A stretch of 37,283 bases of DNA, from the IMG/VR virus record IMGVR_UViG_3300033067_001749, positions 1-37,283 of that record; one strand, 5' to 3'. The notes below the pieces were generated by a model. The model did not search any database. It was given only the letters and a program-made list of their open reading frames with translations, and was not told the origin of the DNA. Of this stretch, positions 8,237 through 17,120 are shown in pieces; within the stretch, counting starts at the first letter, position 1, and each line of letters starts with the position of its first letter. This DNA comes from a virus. Lineage: Duplodnaviria > Caudoviricetes. The position numbers and the translations under genes were made by a program.

Positions 8237-10419
8237 CGTTTGCCTCGGCAATTACCAAAAATGTCAGCGAACGATTCATGCTAGTCAAAGTCGTGCCGAG
8301 AAAGTATTTGACGCCAGCGACATTGGTATCTGCAAACACCTACACGTTTGTTTCCGGTCTTTCGAGAGTCGACGACGTGCAAATAAATGGATCGGATGCC
8401 GACGTGACGTCATTTTCATTCAACGCTTCCACAGGTGTTTTAACGGTTGTCAGTAGTGTTGATCTTACGAATACGGCAAATATTGTAACGGTCGACTTCT
8501 ATGTATTCCTGACAGGTTCTAAGACGAGATACACCTATGGAAATACGGCTTATCTTCCTGAGGAAGAATGGTTACCATTGATCAATAATTATCCATCATG
8601 GGCGCAATCAATGCGCAGTATTGCAGACGGCGTTTTCTCATTAGCTAACACGCAGATAGATCTCATTACGACCGATCGCTGGATGCAGGAGCTTTTTGGA
8701 GAATTCTATTCTTGGAATAAGGCTCCAGTCACAGTCTGGGCTTGCGTCGATTCTACCGATAACAATCAAATTGTGTTTACTGGCGAAGTCGTAAGCATTG
8801 TCTTTGATTCAAAAGTCGCATCATTATCTGTCATTGACACTTTCCAGAAGCTCAACGCTACGGCGACATTTGGTACGCTTGCGCAATCCTATGCTTTGAA
8901 CGGATCATCTTACACGCCGTTTGTTCAGCCTGCCGATCAAAATAAGGCCATACCACTCGTTATCGGCAAATCTAGCCCGCTAATTGTTTCGAACGGCTAT
9001 CGTATCTCGGAGGCTTTTGGTACTGCAGCCAATACAACCATGAGCCACCTTTCGAACGGTCTCAGATGTATTCCGGTATCGGATGGTTTAGAGAACGCAA
9101 CATCGGTGACATTTCTGTGTGGTCGCGTTATCGATGGTTTGAAAGATGTTACTTTTGGCACCATCAGCGCAGCTTATGAGCATTTTTTAACAAAAGATGT
9201 TTATTCCGACGGCGTCACGGTGACCGTTTATTCACGACTTATTTATTTGAACTGTTCGGCGTTCACCGGCGAGATCGGAGACTACGTTAAAGATGTTGGT
9301 GGTACTGGATTACACGGATGGTGCTGCAGAAAAGAGACATTTACTCATGCATCGACGACGTTTAACGTTGCTTTTACCACTCTGGATTACTTTTTTGCTA
9401 ATGGAAGTTCGACGACTAGCGGTTCGATAAGTATTCCGACACCTTCAGCAGCAAAAAGCATAAGCCTATGGATTGACGGTAGCTCTCCTGCGAACTATCA
9501 AGCTTCATCGGTACTTCTTGCAACTGTTCCAGAATGGGCTATTGCGACATATTCCGGTCATTACATTCCTTTCACGCTCAGTTATGGAACTCCATACACT
9601 ATTGGCGGTAGGTCGATAGTGCATGTATATGCGACTGTTACCGCAAGTAATGCCAGCTATCTGGGAACTGCCCTACCTGGAAAATTCTCGATCAAGTGTC
9701 GATTTTCACCAAGCACGACCTTGAACCATAGCGAGGCAATGGAGTTTGCTGTTCTTGCTGCCGGTATGGACATCGAGTCTGGATCATTTACGGATGCTGC
9801 GACTTATCTTACCAATGAGGTATCCACGTGCGTACCATCCTTAAGATCTTCCGAGTTTCCATCCTATTTGCAATTTTGCCAATCCATCACCACGTCAACT
9901 CTTGGCATATTGAGGACAAATGAAAATAGACGGGTTCAATATTTCATTTTGGATAATCGAAAAGACGCGGCTGTAATCGGCTCTAAAGACCGCACCAATA
10001 TGCTTGAGTCTAAGACTAAGGCATCGATTGAATATCAAGACATCTGCTCCCGAGTTATTTTCAATAATGAGAATTATGTCGGCGTCGAAGCTCTAAGCAC
10101 TTCAAGTGGTCCATCGGCGACTGTAGATAGCACTCTCGCATCAAGCCTTCATCGCGTCGACAAAGTTAAAATGATTAACCATGTTTTGACAAACATCTAT
10201 AATCGTAAAGACGTGATTGCTGGATATATCGCATCGCCAACGGTAGAATATAATTTCGCGACAGCTAGCGAAGATCTCAACTCAAACATCGCCGACATGG
10301 TTGATTTCGACAACCCTGTGACAGCTGATTCTAGCTCTCAAACTTCGGGAATGATTACCGAGTTGACTTCAAGTGGATCAGAAACAAACGTAAAAATAAA
10401 TGAACTAAGGGGAATCTAA
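8233..10419 (+). CDS. Tail tip hub / central tail protein
   Basis: 728 aa; FTGEV and NKAIPLVIG hub-like motifs; position after distal tail genes. Confidence 0.6.
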   Translation: MTFASAITKNVSERFMLVKVVPRKYLTPATLVSANTYTFVSGLSRVDDVQINGSDADVTSFSFNASTGVLTVVSSVDLTNTANIVTVDFYVFLTGSKTRYTYGNTAYLPEEEWLPLINNYPSWAQSMRSIADGVFSLANTQIDLITTDRWMQELFGEFYSWNKAPVTVWACVDSTDNNQIVFTGEVVSIVFDSKVASLSVIDTFQKLNATATFGTLAQSYALNGSSYTPFVQPADQNKAIPLVIGKSSPLIVSNGYRISEAFGTAANTTMSHLSNGLRCIPVSDGLENATSVTFLCGRVIDGLKDVTFGTISAAYEHFLTKDVYSDGVTVTVYSRLIYLNCSAFTGEIGDYVKDVGGTGLHGWCCRKETFTHASTTFNVAFTTLDYFFANGSSTTSGSISIPTPSAAKSISLWIDGSSPANYQASSVLLATVPEWAIATYSGHYIPFTLSYGTPYTIGGRSIVHVYATVTASNASYLGTALPGKFSIKCRFSPSTTLNHSEAMEFAVLAAGMDIESGSFTDAATYLTNEVSTCVPSLRSSEFPSYLQFCQSITTSTLGILRTNENRRVQYFILDNRKDAAVIGSKDRTNMLESKTKASIEYQDICSRVIFNNENYVGVEALSTSSGPSATVDSTLASSLHRVDKVKMINHVLTNIYNRKDVIAGYIASPTVEYNFATASEDLNSNIADMVDFDNPVTADSSSQTSGMITELTSSGSETNVKINELRGI

Positions 10420-12365
10420 TGTCTGGAACACTTAAAAAATTAGTCTTTGCTGACGGCGTCGATATTACTGAACCTAGTGATTTAAGTAGTGGCGGGGGGA
10501 GTGGTTCTGGCGAACTTAACCTCATCAGCGGATCAAATTCATCGGCTGGGTGGGTTGCGAGTGCATCAGGCATAACTGTTGCAACTTCGACCACATCGAC
10601 CGATTTGCCTCTTGTCGGAATATCTACGACATCTATTAAGATTACCCCTGTTTCTGGGACCGACTATGTCTACTACAGATTCACAATGGCGGCATCTCTT
10701 AAGCAAAGAAAGCTTAAGATTCAGTGGGAACAGCGCCCGCTTTCCGGGTATGCTTCCGGTGATTTAAAACTGGAACTTTATATTAATTCAGCCTCAAACT
10801 ATGGGGGTTCTTATACTAGATTGAGCCTAAGCACTGACTCGGGTGGAGTTTCTGCTATTCCAAATCTATCAGGAAGATACACTTCAACATTCGATGGTGA
10901 TTCGAGCGATTACTATGAGCTTCGTATCAAGCGTGTGGCTGGAACAACAGCGCTCAACCTTGCAAACGTTATCGTAGGTCCAGGCATCCAACCACAAGGT
11001 GCTGTTATCACTGAAGCTCAATCTTATACTCCGACATTTAGTGGACTTGGTACTGTCACAAATATTGATATGTGGTGGTCTAGGCGCGGATCTAAAATGG
11101 TAATTTGGGGTACATTCAAAAATGGTACTGTATCGGCAAGCGCAGCTTATTTTAGCTTGCCAAGTGGTTTCAATATCAATTCATCTCGACATCAAACTGG
11201 ACGAGCATCGTTTGGTCAGATTTCTCAAACAAATACGTCTACAACGGGAACAGTTATAGCAGGTAATATTTTTGGCGCATATATTTCTGGTAATGGGAAT
11301 GGGAACATATCGATTTGTTCATCGCGACAGGCAAACGCAGGAAATGTCGATTTCATCAGTGAAAATGGCAACACTGTTTTTAGCGGATCAGAAACTTTAA
11401 GTGTTGAAAATCTTGAAATAGAAATTTCTGAATGGGCTGGTTCAGGAATAGTTAACCTAGCTCAGAATGACGTCGAATATAAATCGGTTGGCGGGACATG
11501 GGATGCAGATTCGAGCACAACTGTATCTGGACCAGCTGGCTATGCAACCGGAGGAGCTCTCACTGCAGCAAGAAATAAAACTATCACTTGGGATACTCCT
11601 GTCCTCGCGACGGAAAGAATTTATATCTGGATGTCTAAGGATCAGGTCAACTGGTTCCTTGCCAATGGCGCACAGATTGGCTCAGGAAACTCTCCAGTTA
11701 TCCCTTCTGTAAATGCGGCAGGAACTGTTTCGTCGGGTGTATCTTTCAGACCTGGAGCATCTTCGAATCAAACCATTGTGACGTTTGCACAATATGCGAG
11801 TATGGCTAACGATGATTCGCCTACTGTTGATTGGCCTTCATCTGCGTCTTACTGGGTTGCCACAAAATCAGCATCAGGTCTACCCGTAGGATTTTCAATT
11901 GTCAGTGAATCCGCCTCTGGTTTGATGCCTGCAAACATAGCCAATCTAGATGATGTTGCTGCAACCCGCATGGGTTTAAAAACATATTACATTGGTCAGA
12001 CTTATAATGGCGGATCTGGACCAGGTGTTTCAGCCACCGGATGGTCAAACAGTTATGGCGCATTTATTCCATATCAAATGCAGGATGGTATTTGGAGATT
12101 GAGAATAAACTTTACCGGAAGTTTCACCGGTCAGGCGAATACTAATGCCACTTCGTTGACGGCGATTGGATTTACAGTCGCATCAACTAGGCAATGTATT
12201 GCAATTAATGATCAAAATATTCAAAACGGAAGAGCCGCAACGGCTTCATTCAATGGCGGGTCGAGCACGCTTCAAATACTGTTCAGCGCAAACATTAGTA
12301 TCAACGTTGAATATGCATTCTCCGGTGATATCGAATTAGCTTCAAAACCAAGCTGGGCTTATTAA
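10419..12365 (+). CDS. Tail fibre / receptor-binding protein
   Basis: 648 aa Ser/Gly/Thr-rich, modular beta domains (SYTPTFSG...WWSRRGSKMVIWG...FSLPSG); last gene of the tail cluster. Confidence 0.75.
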   Translation: MSGTLKKLVFADGVDITEPSDLSSGGGSGSGELNLISGSNSSAGWVASASGITVATSTTSTDLPLVGISTTSIKITPVSGTDYVYYRFTMAASLKQRKLKIQWEQRPLSGYASGDLKLELYINSASNYGGSYTRLSLSTDSGGVSAIPNLSGRYTSTFDGDSSDYYELRIKRVAGTTALNLANVIVGPGIQPQGAVITEAQSYTPTFSGLGTVTNIDMWWSRRGSKMVIWGTFKNGTVSASAAYFSLPSGFNINSSRHQTGRASFGQISQTNTSTTGTVIAGNIFGAYISGNGNGNISICSSRQANAGNVDFISENGNTVFSGSETLSVENLEIEISEWAGSGIVNLAQNDVEYKSVGGTWDADSSTTVSGPAGYATGGALTAARNKTITWDTPVLATERIYIWMSKDQVNWFLANGAQIGSGNSPVIPSVNAAGTVSSGVSFRPGASSNQTIVTFAQYASMANDDSPTVDWPSSASYWVATKSASGLPVGFSIVSESASGLMPANIANLDDVAATRMGLKTYYIGQTYNGGSGPGVSATGWSNSYGAFIPYQMQDGIWRLRINFTGSFTGQANTNATSLTAIGFTVASTRQCIAINDQNIQNGRAATASFNGGSSTLQILFSANISINVEYAFSGDIELASKPSWAY

Positions 12366-12432
12366 ACGGTGTAAAAGATACTAATTTGTATTTTTGCCAA
12401 TAATTAAATATAAGCTTTAGCATAATTTTTTG

Positions 12433-12457
12433 TTGACAAGGTTTTGTGTGATATAAT
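12433..12457 (+). promoter_or_regulatory. Putative sigma70 extended -10 promoter for the holin-like genes
   Basis: TG-A-TATAAT at 12449-12457 in an AT-rich gap; TTGACA at 12433-12438 is only 13 nt away, so non-canonical spacing. Confidence 0.5.
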
Positions 12458-12501
12458 TTATCCCAGAGCCAACAACTGGAAAATTTTAAGGGCTGCAATC
12501 G

Positions 12502-12732
12502 ATGGACGTTCACCTTGACCAGGGGATTATTTCTGTAATTGCGGCCTTGTTAGGATTCGCGGTCCGTTATTCGGTAAAGGCCGTTAACCAAATGACGGAC
12601 ATGGCTTTATCGCTTCGCGAGATCGCAATCAATGTCAATCACGTAAACGAAAAGATTGGCATGGTTACTGAGATCACGAAAGATCACGAGCAGCGGTTGC
12701 GTGTGATCGAAACAAAAAAAATAGAGGGGTAA
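12502..12732 (+). CDS. Holin-like / XhlA-like membrane protein
   Basis: N-terminal TM (IISVIAALLGFAV), coiled coil and DHEQRLRVIE ending; follows tail fibre. Confidence 0.55.
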   Translation: MDVHLDQGIISVIAALLGFAVRYSVKAVNQMTDMALSLREIAINVNHVNEKIGMVTEITKDHEQRLRVIETKKIEG

Positions 12733-12736
12733 AATC

Positions 12737-13000
12737 ATGGCAGGCATCGAACACACCAAAGCAGCGCTTGCGGACGTGAGAAAAACCGCAGCAGACCTTA
12801 GAGAAGTCGCAAAAGATGGTTTAACCGCTGGCGATCTTTTGAAAGTTCCAGAGCTCGTTAAAGACGGCATCTCCATGTTCAACGACGCGAAGGCAGCGAA
12901 AGACGCTGGCGAAATCAGCGACCTTGATTGGGAAGAGATCACCGTTCTTTGGACTGACGTGACGGCGATCATTAGCGATTTGCTCAAGGGTGCGGCATAA
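12737..13000 (+). CDS. Hypothetical protein, last gene of the late operon
   Basis: RBS GAGGGG; 87-aa amphipathic helical protein followed by a terminator. Confidence 0.7.
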   Translation: MAGIEHTKAALADVRKTAADLREVAKDGLTAGDLLKVPELVKDGISMFNDAKAAKDAGEISDLDWEEITVLWTDVTAIISDLLKGAA

Positions 13001-13033
13001 TATTAGTAAGCCGTCAGTCGTAGAACGGGCTCA

Positions 13034-13061
13034 CGCCGGGTTACTCCCGGCGATTTTTTTT
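13034..13061 (+). terminator. Rho-independent terminator
   Basis: CGCCGGG-ttact-CCCGGCG stem followed by A and 8 T; at the convergence of + and - gene blocks. Confidence 0.85.
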
Positions 13062-13220
13062 ATTAAAAAAGTCCACCATAAAAGCAGTAGCCCAACTAAG
13101 GACAGAGCACACCATTGAGCTCCCGGTTTTTGCTTTTATGATGGATATGCCACAATTAAAAAGAAAATGCCCTAGATTGTCTAGAGCAATTTCGTGAGGA
13201 TGATTGGTGAAAAAACTCAT
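13041..13220 (-). CDS. Possible 59-aa protein downstream of the protease (MSFFTNHPHEIALDNLG...)
   Basis: Hand-read ORF filling the gap; RBS poorly spaced and it runs into the terminator. Confidence 0.3.
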   Translation of the reverse strand: MSFFTNHPHEIALDNLGHFLFNCGISIIKAKTGSSMVCSVLSWATAFMVDFFNKKNRRE

Positions 13221-13237
13221 CTCACCAAAATTATAAC

Positions 13238-14020
13238 TTAGTCTGTCGATTTGACGTTAATGAAACCGGCTTCGTCGCCGATTTTATCGCATCCAAACGG
13301 CACCAAGGCATAACCTTTATCACCCCATGAGGTTCCCCAGCTGTTCGCCATGATCCACTTGTTATCTTTCGTCCAGCCGACGATATTTACCATGTGGTTG
13401 ATGCCTCTATTCTTGCAGTAAGTCAACTCTTTTGCTTGTCCGCCCCAGCCAGATCCGGCGGCAACAGTTACAAACAAAACGCCGTGCTCGAGTAGCGCGG
13501 TTTTCATCTCTTGAACCGAGGGAGCTTTGTTGGGTTGACCGATAAGTTTATAGCTGACGGCCTTGGCAGCCACAGGCACTTTTTTGCAGCGCAAATCAGC
13601 CGCGCGGTATGGGAAGTCTTTTTCTAAGCCGAGACCGTGGTCGATCACATATTGAGCCGATTCCATGTAGCCGCCACTGCAACCTGCCGCCGCCCTATCA
13701 CAAGAAACGAGTTCTTGCTCGGCCAAATCAAGCCCAGGTTTATCAGCTAAAAGCGCCATAGAAGATTCTAGAGATTTTGTTATTGCATGTGCCCAGCACG
13801 AGCCACAAGCACCTTGATCACGAATGCCTGGAAGCTTGCCAGTTTCACGAAGATCGAGCGCGTCAGGAAGGTCGACGCGTGATTCTATTTTAACGTATTG
13901 AGCAGGGTTGCCGTTTAAAAGGTGGCCAAGGTAGCCTGTGCCGCGAGGACCGTTTACCGTGCTAACACCGTCAGCGTAAGCAGGCAAAGCAAAACAGAGC
14001 AAAGCAAGTAGCTTAAACAT
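13238..14020 (-). CDS. Secreted papain-family (C1A) cysteine protease
   Basis: QGACGSCWAH, LAEQELVSCD, GCSGG, INHMVNIVGW, MANSWG..WGDKGY give the complete Q/C/H/N site; start reassigned to ATG 14020 (RBS GGAGG), giving signal peptide MFKLLALLCFALPAYA. Confidence 0.93.
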   Translation of the reverse strand: MFKLLALLCFALPAYADGVSTVNGPRGTGYLGHLLNGNPAQYVKIESRVDLPDALDLRETGKLPGIRDQGACGSCWAHAITKSLESSMALLADKPGLDLAEQELVSCDRAAAGCSGGYMESAQYVIDHGLGLEKDFPYRAADLRCKKVPVAAKAVSYKLIGQPNKAPSVQEMKTALLEHGVLFVTVAAGSGWGGQAKELTYCKNRGINHMVNIVGWTKDNKWIMANSWGTSWGDKGYALVPFGCDKIGDEAGFINVKSTD

Positions 14021-14054
14021 AGAAACCTCCAAAGAGTAAATTTGGAGAATTCTA

Positions 14055-14354
14055 TCACGAAAGAGGTCTATTTGGCTTGGGGTCAAGCTGGGGAAGTGGC
14101 GCGAGCGGTGGCGGTGGGGTGTCGTTTCTGCGGCCCCAGAACCGCCACCAGCGTTGTTCGCGGCGGGTGGCTAGGCGGGCTTTCACGACGTCTTCTTTAG
14201 TCTCGTTTTTGACCGTAGTCTGCTTTGTGGACTCTTGGTCCTGCTTCGTCTCTTGTTCGGCGATCTTTCCAGAGTTGATACCTCTGAACGCATAGCCAAC
14301 ACCGATTAAAATGAAAATCCCGAGCACAAGATAAACGATTGGACTAGAAAGCAT
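14055..14354 (-). CDS. Single-pass membrane protein with polar linker, WWRFW motif and Pro-rich tail
   Basis: TM IVYLVLGIFILIGVGYAF; RBS GAGGG; co-oriented with the protease. Confidence 0.75.
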   Translation of the reverse strand: MLSSPIVYLVLGIFILIGVGYAFRGINSGKIAEQETKQDQESTKQTTVKNETKEDVVKARLATRREQRWWRFWGRRNDTPPPPLAPLPQLDPKPNRPLS

Positions 14355-14357
14355 CCC

Positions 14358-14444
14358 TCACCCTCTCTTGCGAGTTACCAGGGCTATGAGCAGCCGCAGA
14401 AGTTCGATGACAAGTTGGAAAACCCAAACAGGCCAGCTAAGCAT
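14358..14444 (-). CDS. 28-aa hydrophobic peptide MLSWPVWVFQLVIELLRLLIALVTRKRG
   Basis: Start reassigned from 14570 to 14444: RBS GAGGA and a promoter directly upstream. Confidence 0.6.
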   Translation of the reverse strand: MLSWPVWVFQLVIELLRLLIALVTRKRG

Positions 14445-14468
14445 AAAAAAATCCTCGCTTTGAGGATT

Positions 14469-14497
14469 ATTATAGCACGGCTCGGAATTGGGACCAA
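14469..14497 (-). promoter_or_regulatory. Putative sigma70 promoter of the protease operon
   Basis: Minus strand TTGGTC-N17-TATAAT with extended -10 (TG-C-TATAAT). Confidence 0.7.
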
Positions 14498-14500
14498 AAG

Positions 14501-14707
14501 TCAGTCTTCCCAGATCTCGGCAACCGCGTCGTATTTGATTTTTTCGTAGGGGTAACTCACATCTGCACACGTAGTTTCAAAATTACAATTTTTACAATAA
14601 TGCTCCCAGCGAAATGTATTATCAATATAGTATCCAGTGCCATGAGATTTCATCTCACCTTCATGGCAAACTGGGCATCTCTTTCTAACAATTAGTTTTG
14701 TGGTCAT
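14501..14707 (-). CDS. Small zinc-ribbon protein
   Basis: CPVC...CKNC; ATG 14707 overlaps the upstream stop (ATGA). Confidence 0.7.
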   Translation of the reverse strand: MTTKLIVRKRCPVCHEGEMKSHGTGYYIDNTFRWEHYCKNCNFETTCADVSYPYEKIKYDAVAEIWED

Positions 14708-15060
14708 TTGCAAACCTCGTCATATTTATTAAGGCTTCCAGCCATAAAACAATCAAATCTTGGTGTCGATGGATCTAAAGCAAATTTCATCCCTTCTTTT
14801 GCAGCTAAAACGACTTCCCTCGCCGCTTCAAGTTCCCTAATGATCTGCTTGGCGTTGTTGCGGAGGAATACGCATAATTTGAGGTCTTCTCGAGCAGGAG
14901 ATAATTTAGAATATGTCGCTTGTACATAGTCAAATAATCGCTGTCCTGCTCGCACACCGATTAAATATTTATCTTTATATCGTTGTTCATAGCATTCCCA
15001 TTTCCCCGGTGTAGCGGCCTTTTCAAGCTCGGCCAGCTTTTCCAAATCAACTCTGGCCAT
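14704..15060 (-). CDS. Ead/Ea22-like protein
   Basis: LAELEKAATPGKWE...LRNNAKQIIRELEAAR signature; RBS GGAGG. Confidence 0.7.
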   Translation of the reverse strand: MARVDLEKLAELEKAATPGKWECYEQRYKDKYLIGVRAGQRLFDYVQATYSKLSPAREDLKLCVFLRNNAKQIIRELEAAREVVLAAKEGMKFALDPSTPRFDCFMAGSLNKYDEVCK

Positions 15061-15091
15061 TTACTGCCTCCAACTCTTTACATAACCGTTT

Positions 15092-15355
15092 TTATTCATG
15101 ATCAAGAACTTCTCTCACGCGGATTTTTTTCCATCCTACGTATTCGCTCATGTTTGAATCTGAAATATGTGTTCCAGAAACCCAAGCATCCCATTCCCGC
15201 GGTTCGACTTTGATTTCCCAGTCATTCATAAAAATATCTTTGGTTATGAACCAGTATTGAAGTTTATTTGGTAAATACCACTCACCCTCACCAGCTCTTC
15301 TAAACGGCTTCCCACTCTCAATCGCTTCTTTTAGCGTTAGGCCTTTGGTTTTCAT
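15092..15355 (-). CDS. Hypothetical phage early protein
   Basis: 87 aa (LTLKEAIESGKPFRR...DWEI...IRVREVL); ATGA-coupled to the upstream micro-ORF. Confidence 0.7.
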   Translation of the reverse strand: MKTKGLTLKEAIESGKPFRRAGEGEWYLPNKLQYWFITKDIFMNDWEIKVEPREWDAWVSGTHISDSNMSEYVGWKKIRVREVLDHE

Positions 15356-15510
15356 CTATCACCAACCCGCAGCGGCGGACATTTCGCACATCGTTTGATA
15401 TCTATCATTCCGTTCTTCGCAGGCTCGCCCCAGCGTTTGTTACAATGGCTGCACAACCACCTATAGGGAATATGGGTACCTATTATTTTTTTGACTTTAT
15501 TTTCGCTCAT
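15352..15510 (-). CDS. 52-aa zinc-finger micro-protein
   Basis: Hand-read: MSENKVKK...CSHC...CAKC...DR; ATGA overlaps at both ends. Confidence 0.65.
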   Translation of the reverse strand: MSENKVKKIIGTHIPYRWLCSHCNKRWGEPAKNGMIDIKRCAKCPPLRVGDR

Positions 15511-16262
15511 TTCTTTCTAGTCCCATATTGATTTTTCCAATTTAATTTAATGTCTGCTGGTTTAGTCACAGCTATTTCGTGGTCCCATCCATTTTTAATA
15601 CGGCCTTTAATTGCGTGATAACTTACACCGAATATTTTACTCCATTCCTTAATCAATTTAGTTTCTCCAAAAGCAGTAGCAAATAAACTATCTCTAGAAA
15701 GTCTTCTAGTAGGTTCGGGCGGTCTTAATTTTAAACAATTTTTACACGTAACTGATGCCCATCGGGCATAAACTATTCCGTTCTTATTGCACAAAGAATC
15801 GTAAATATTTTTCTTTTTATGAATAATTTTGTTTTTAGGTAGGACTTTTTTCCAAAGGAGTCCTTGTCTGATTTGATATACATAGCTTTGACTTATTTTA
15901 AATTTAGCAGACAATTCTTCTGTCGATTTTTTTGATTTAAAAATATCCAAAACATCTGATTCAGATAACTTTAATCCTGTCTGTTTGTTTCTACTTTGTT
16001 CATGATCGTTAGCCCATCTGCAATTTTTTGGTTCGTAATTTCCATTTACATCGATCCGATCTAAAGTAGTTCCTTTAGGTCTAGGCCCCATATCAGCATA
16101 AAAATTTTCAAATTTATGCCATCGTTTGCAAACTTTAATTCCTCTGCCGCCATAAGATTTCCATTCTTCTCGATTTTTATTTCGACACCTTGTCAGCATT
16201 GAATACCAACTTATATACGCTGGCGTGCCGTATAAACCGTGTTTTAATGGGCCTTTACTCAT
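15507..16262 (-). CDS. HNH-family homing endonuclease-like protein with extra HTH modules
   Basis: HG...SWYSMLTRC...YGGRGIKVCKRW..FENFYADMG...LDRIDVNGNYEPKNCRWA; start reassigned to ATG 16262 (ATGA overlap). Confidence 0.85.
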   Translation of the reverse strand: MSKGPLKHGLYGTPAYISWYSMLTRCRNKNREEWKSYGGRGIKVCKRWHKFENFYADMGPRPKGTTLDRIDVNGNYEPKNCRWANDHEQSRNKQTGLKLSESDVLDIFKSKKSTEELSAKFKISQSYVYQIRQGLLWKKVLPKNKIIHKKKNIYDSLCNKNGIVYARWASVTCKNCLKLRPPEPTRRLSRDSLFATAFGETKLIKEWSKIFGVSYHAIKGRIKNGWDHEIAVTKPADIKLNWKNQYGTRKK

Positions 16263-16339
16263 TTCATCGGCCTCAAAAGTATGAAGATAAACGTGCACAT
16301 CACGAGGAAAATAATGAACCCATCCCAACTAGATGTCAT
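16259..16339 (-). CDS. 26-aa membrane peptide MTSSWDGFIIFLVMCTFIFILLRPMK
   Basis: Hand-read; RBS GAGGTG; ATGA overlaps at both ends; single TM. Confidence 0.6.
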   Translation of the reverse strand: MTSSWDGFIIFLVMCTFIFILLRPMK

Positions 16340-16452
16340 CGCGACACCTCGATAAATAGCATGTTGGCATAGTAGAAAATTACAATCGCAAAAATAGCGA
16401 TCAGCACGATTACAACGAACACTGGCGCGAGAAACCACATGGCTTTATCCAT
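16336..16452 (-). CDS. 38-aa membrane peptide MDKAMWFLAPVFVVIVLIAIFAIVIFYYANMLFIEVSR
   Basis: Hand-read; overlaps upstream and downstream genes; long hydrophobic segment. Confidence 0.6.
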   Translation of the reverse strand: MDKAMWFLAPVFVVIVLIAIFAIVIFYYANMLFIEVSR

Positions 16453-16630
16453 TGTTATCTTCGCCAGCGGGTTTGACTTGTGTGAAATCATTTAGTTTTT
16501 CTTCTAATTGTTTTTCTAGTTTTTCAACGTTTGGTCGGAACTTTGATAGGGTTTCAATCGCGTCGTTAAACCCCTGGCAGTAGGATTCAACGCTCGACTT
16601 GATTAGGAATGCCTTCATTTGATCTATCAT
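16445..16630 (-). CDS. Hypothetical protein, 61 aa
   Basis: RBS GGAGG; YCQGFNDA motif common in small phage proteins. Confidence 0.7.
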   Translation of the reverse strand: MIDQMKAFLIKSSVESYCQGFNDAIETLSKFRPNVEKLEKQLEEKLNDFTQVKPAGEDNNG

Positions 16631-16751
16631 AAAACCTCCGAAAAGCTTGTGGGATAGTCATAAACATTAACAGCGAACGGCGCGGCAAAACTGCGAGATA
16701 GACGCGATACCAAAACGGGTGGCGGGGATAGCGGATTAGTACGGTTTTCAT
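16587..16751 (-). CDS. Possible 54-aa basic protein (MKTVLIRYPRHPFWYRVY...)
   Basis: Hand-read; ATGA overlap with the upstream micro-ORF; overlaps the next gene by 44 nt. Confidence 0.4.
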   Translation of the reverse strand: MKTVLIRYPRHPFWYRVYLAVLPRRSLLMFMTIPQAFRRFYDRSNEGIPNQVER

Positions 16752-16879
16752 TCTTCTTCGCCTCCGGTGTCTTCATCATATTCGGATTGAAAACTAATCG
16801 AGCCACACTTGCACGGCTCGGGGCGCATCTCGTTATTGTAGTAAACGGCTCCGCAAGCCATGCATTTGTGTTCCATCAT
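16748..16879 (-). CDS. 43-aa zinc-ribbon micro-protein with acidic tail
   Basis: Hand-read: MMEHKCMACG...PCKCGS...EDTGGEEE; ATGA overlaps. Confidence 0.65.
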   Translation of the reverse strand: MMEHKCMACGAVYYNNEMRPEPCKCGSISFQSEYDEDTGGEEE

Positions 16880-17070
16880 TTTCTCTTGGTCCTAAAGCGA
16901 ATATTAGTGATTTTCTTTGTCGGATTAGGGGTCGTAAGCAGTTCCTCAAGCTTTTCATTCATCAGAGATTTTATGCTCCGACCTGATTCCTTGCTATAAT
17001 TGATAAGCGCTCTCTTGCGTTTCTTATCTGTTTGAAATGCTATGACCCCGTAAGTTGTTGGCGGATTCAT
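16876..17070 (-). CDS. Small basic DNA-binding protein, ribbon-helix-helix-like
   Basis: RBS AGGAG; beta-alpha-alpha pattern VIAFQT/KKRKRALINYSKESG/SIKSLMNEKLEELL. Confidence 0.55.
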   Translation of the reverse strand: MNPPTTYGVIAFQTDKKRKRALINYSKESGRSIKSLMNEKLEELLTTPNPTKKITNIRFRTKRK

Positions 17071-17120
17071 AAATCTAACTCCTATTGAACTAAAAAATTG
17101 TTTAGTTGAGGGACAATACT

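Noticed and set aside
10419-12500. Diversity-generating retroelement acting on the tail fibre
   Set aside because: No reverse transcriptase ORF and no template/variable repeat pair seen; the terminal-repeat mismatches are not adenine-specific
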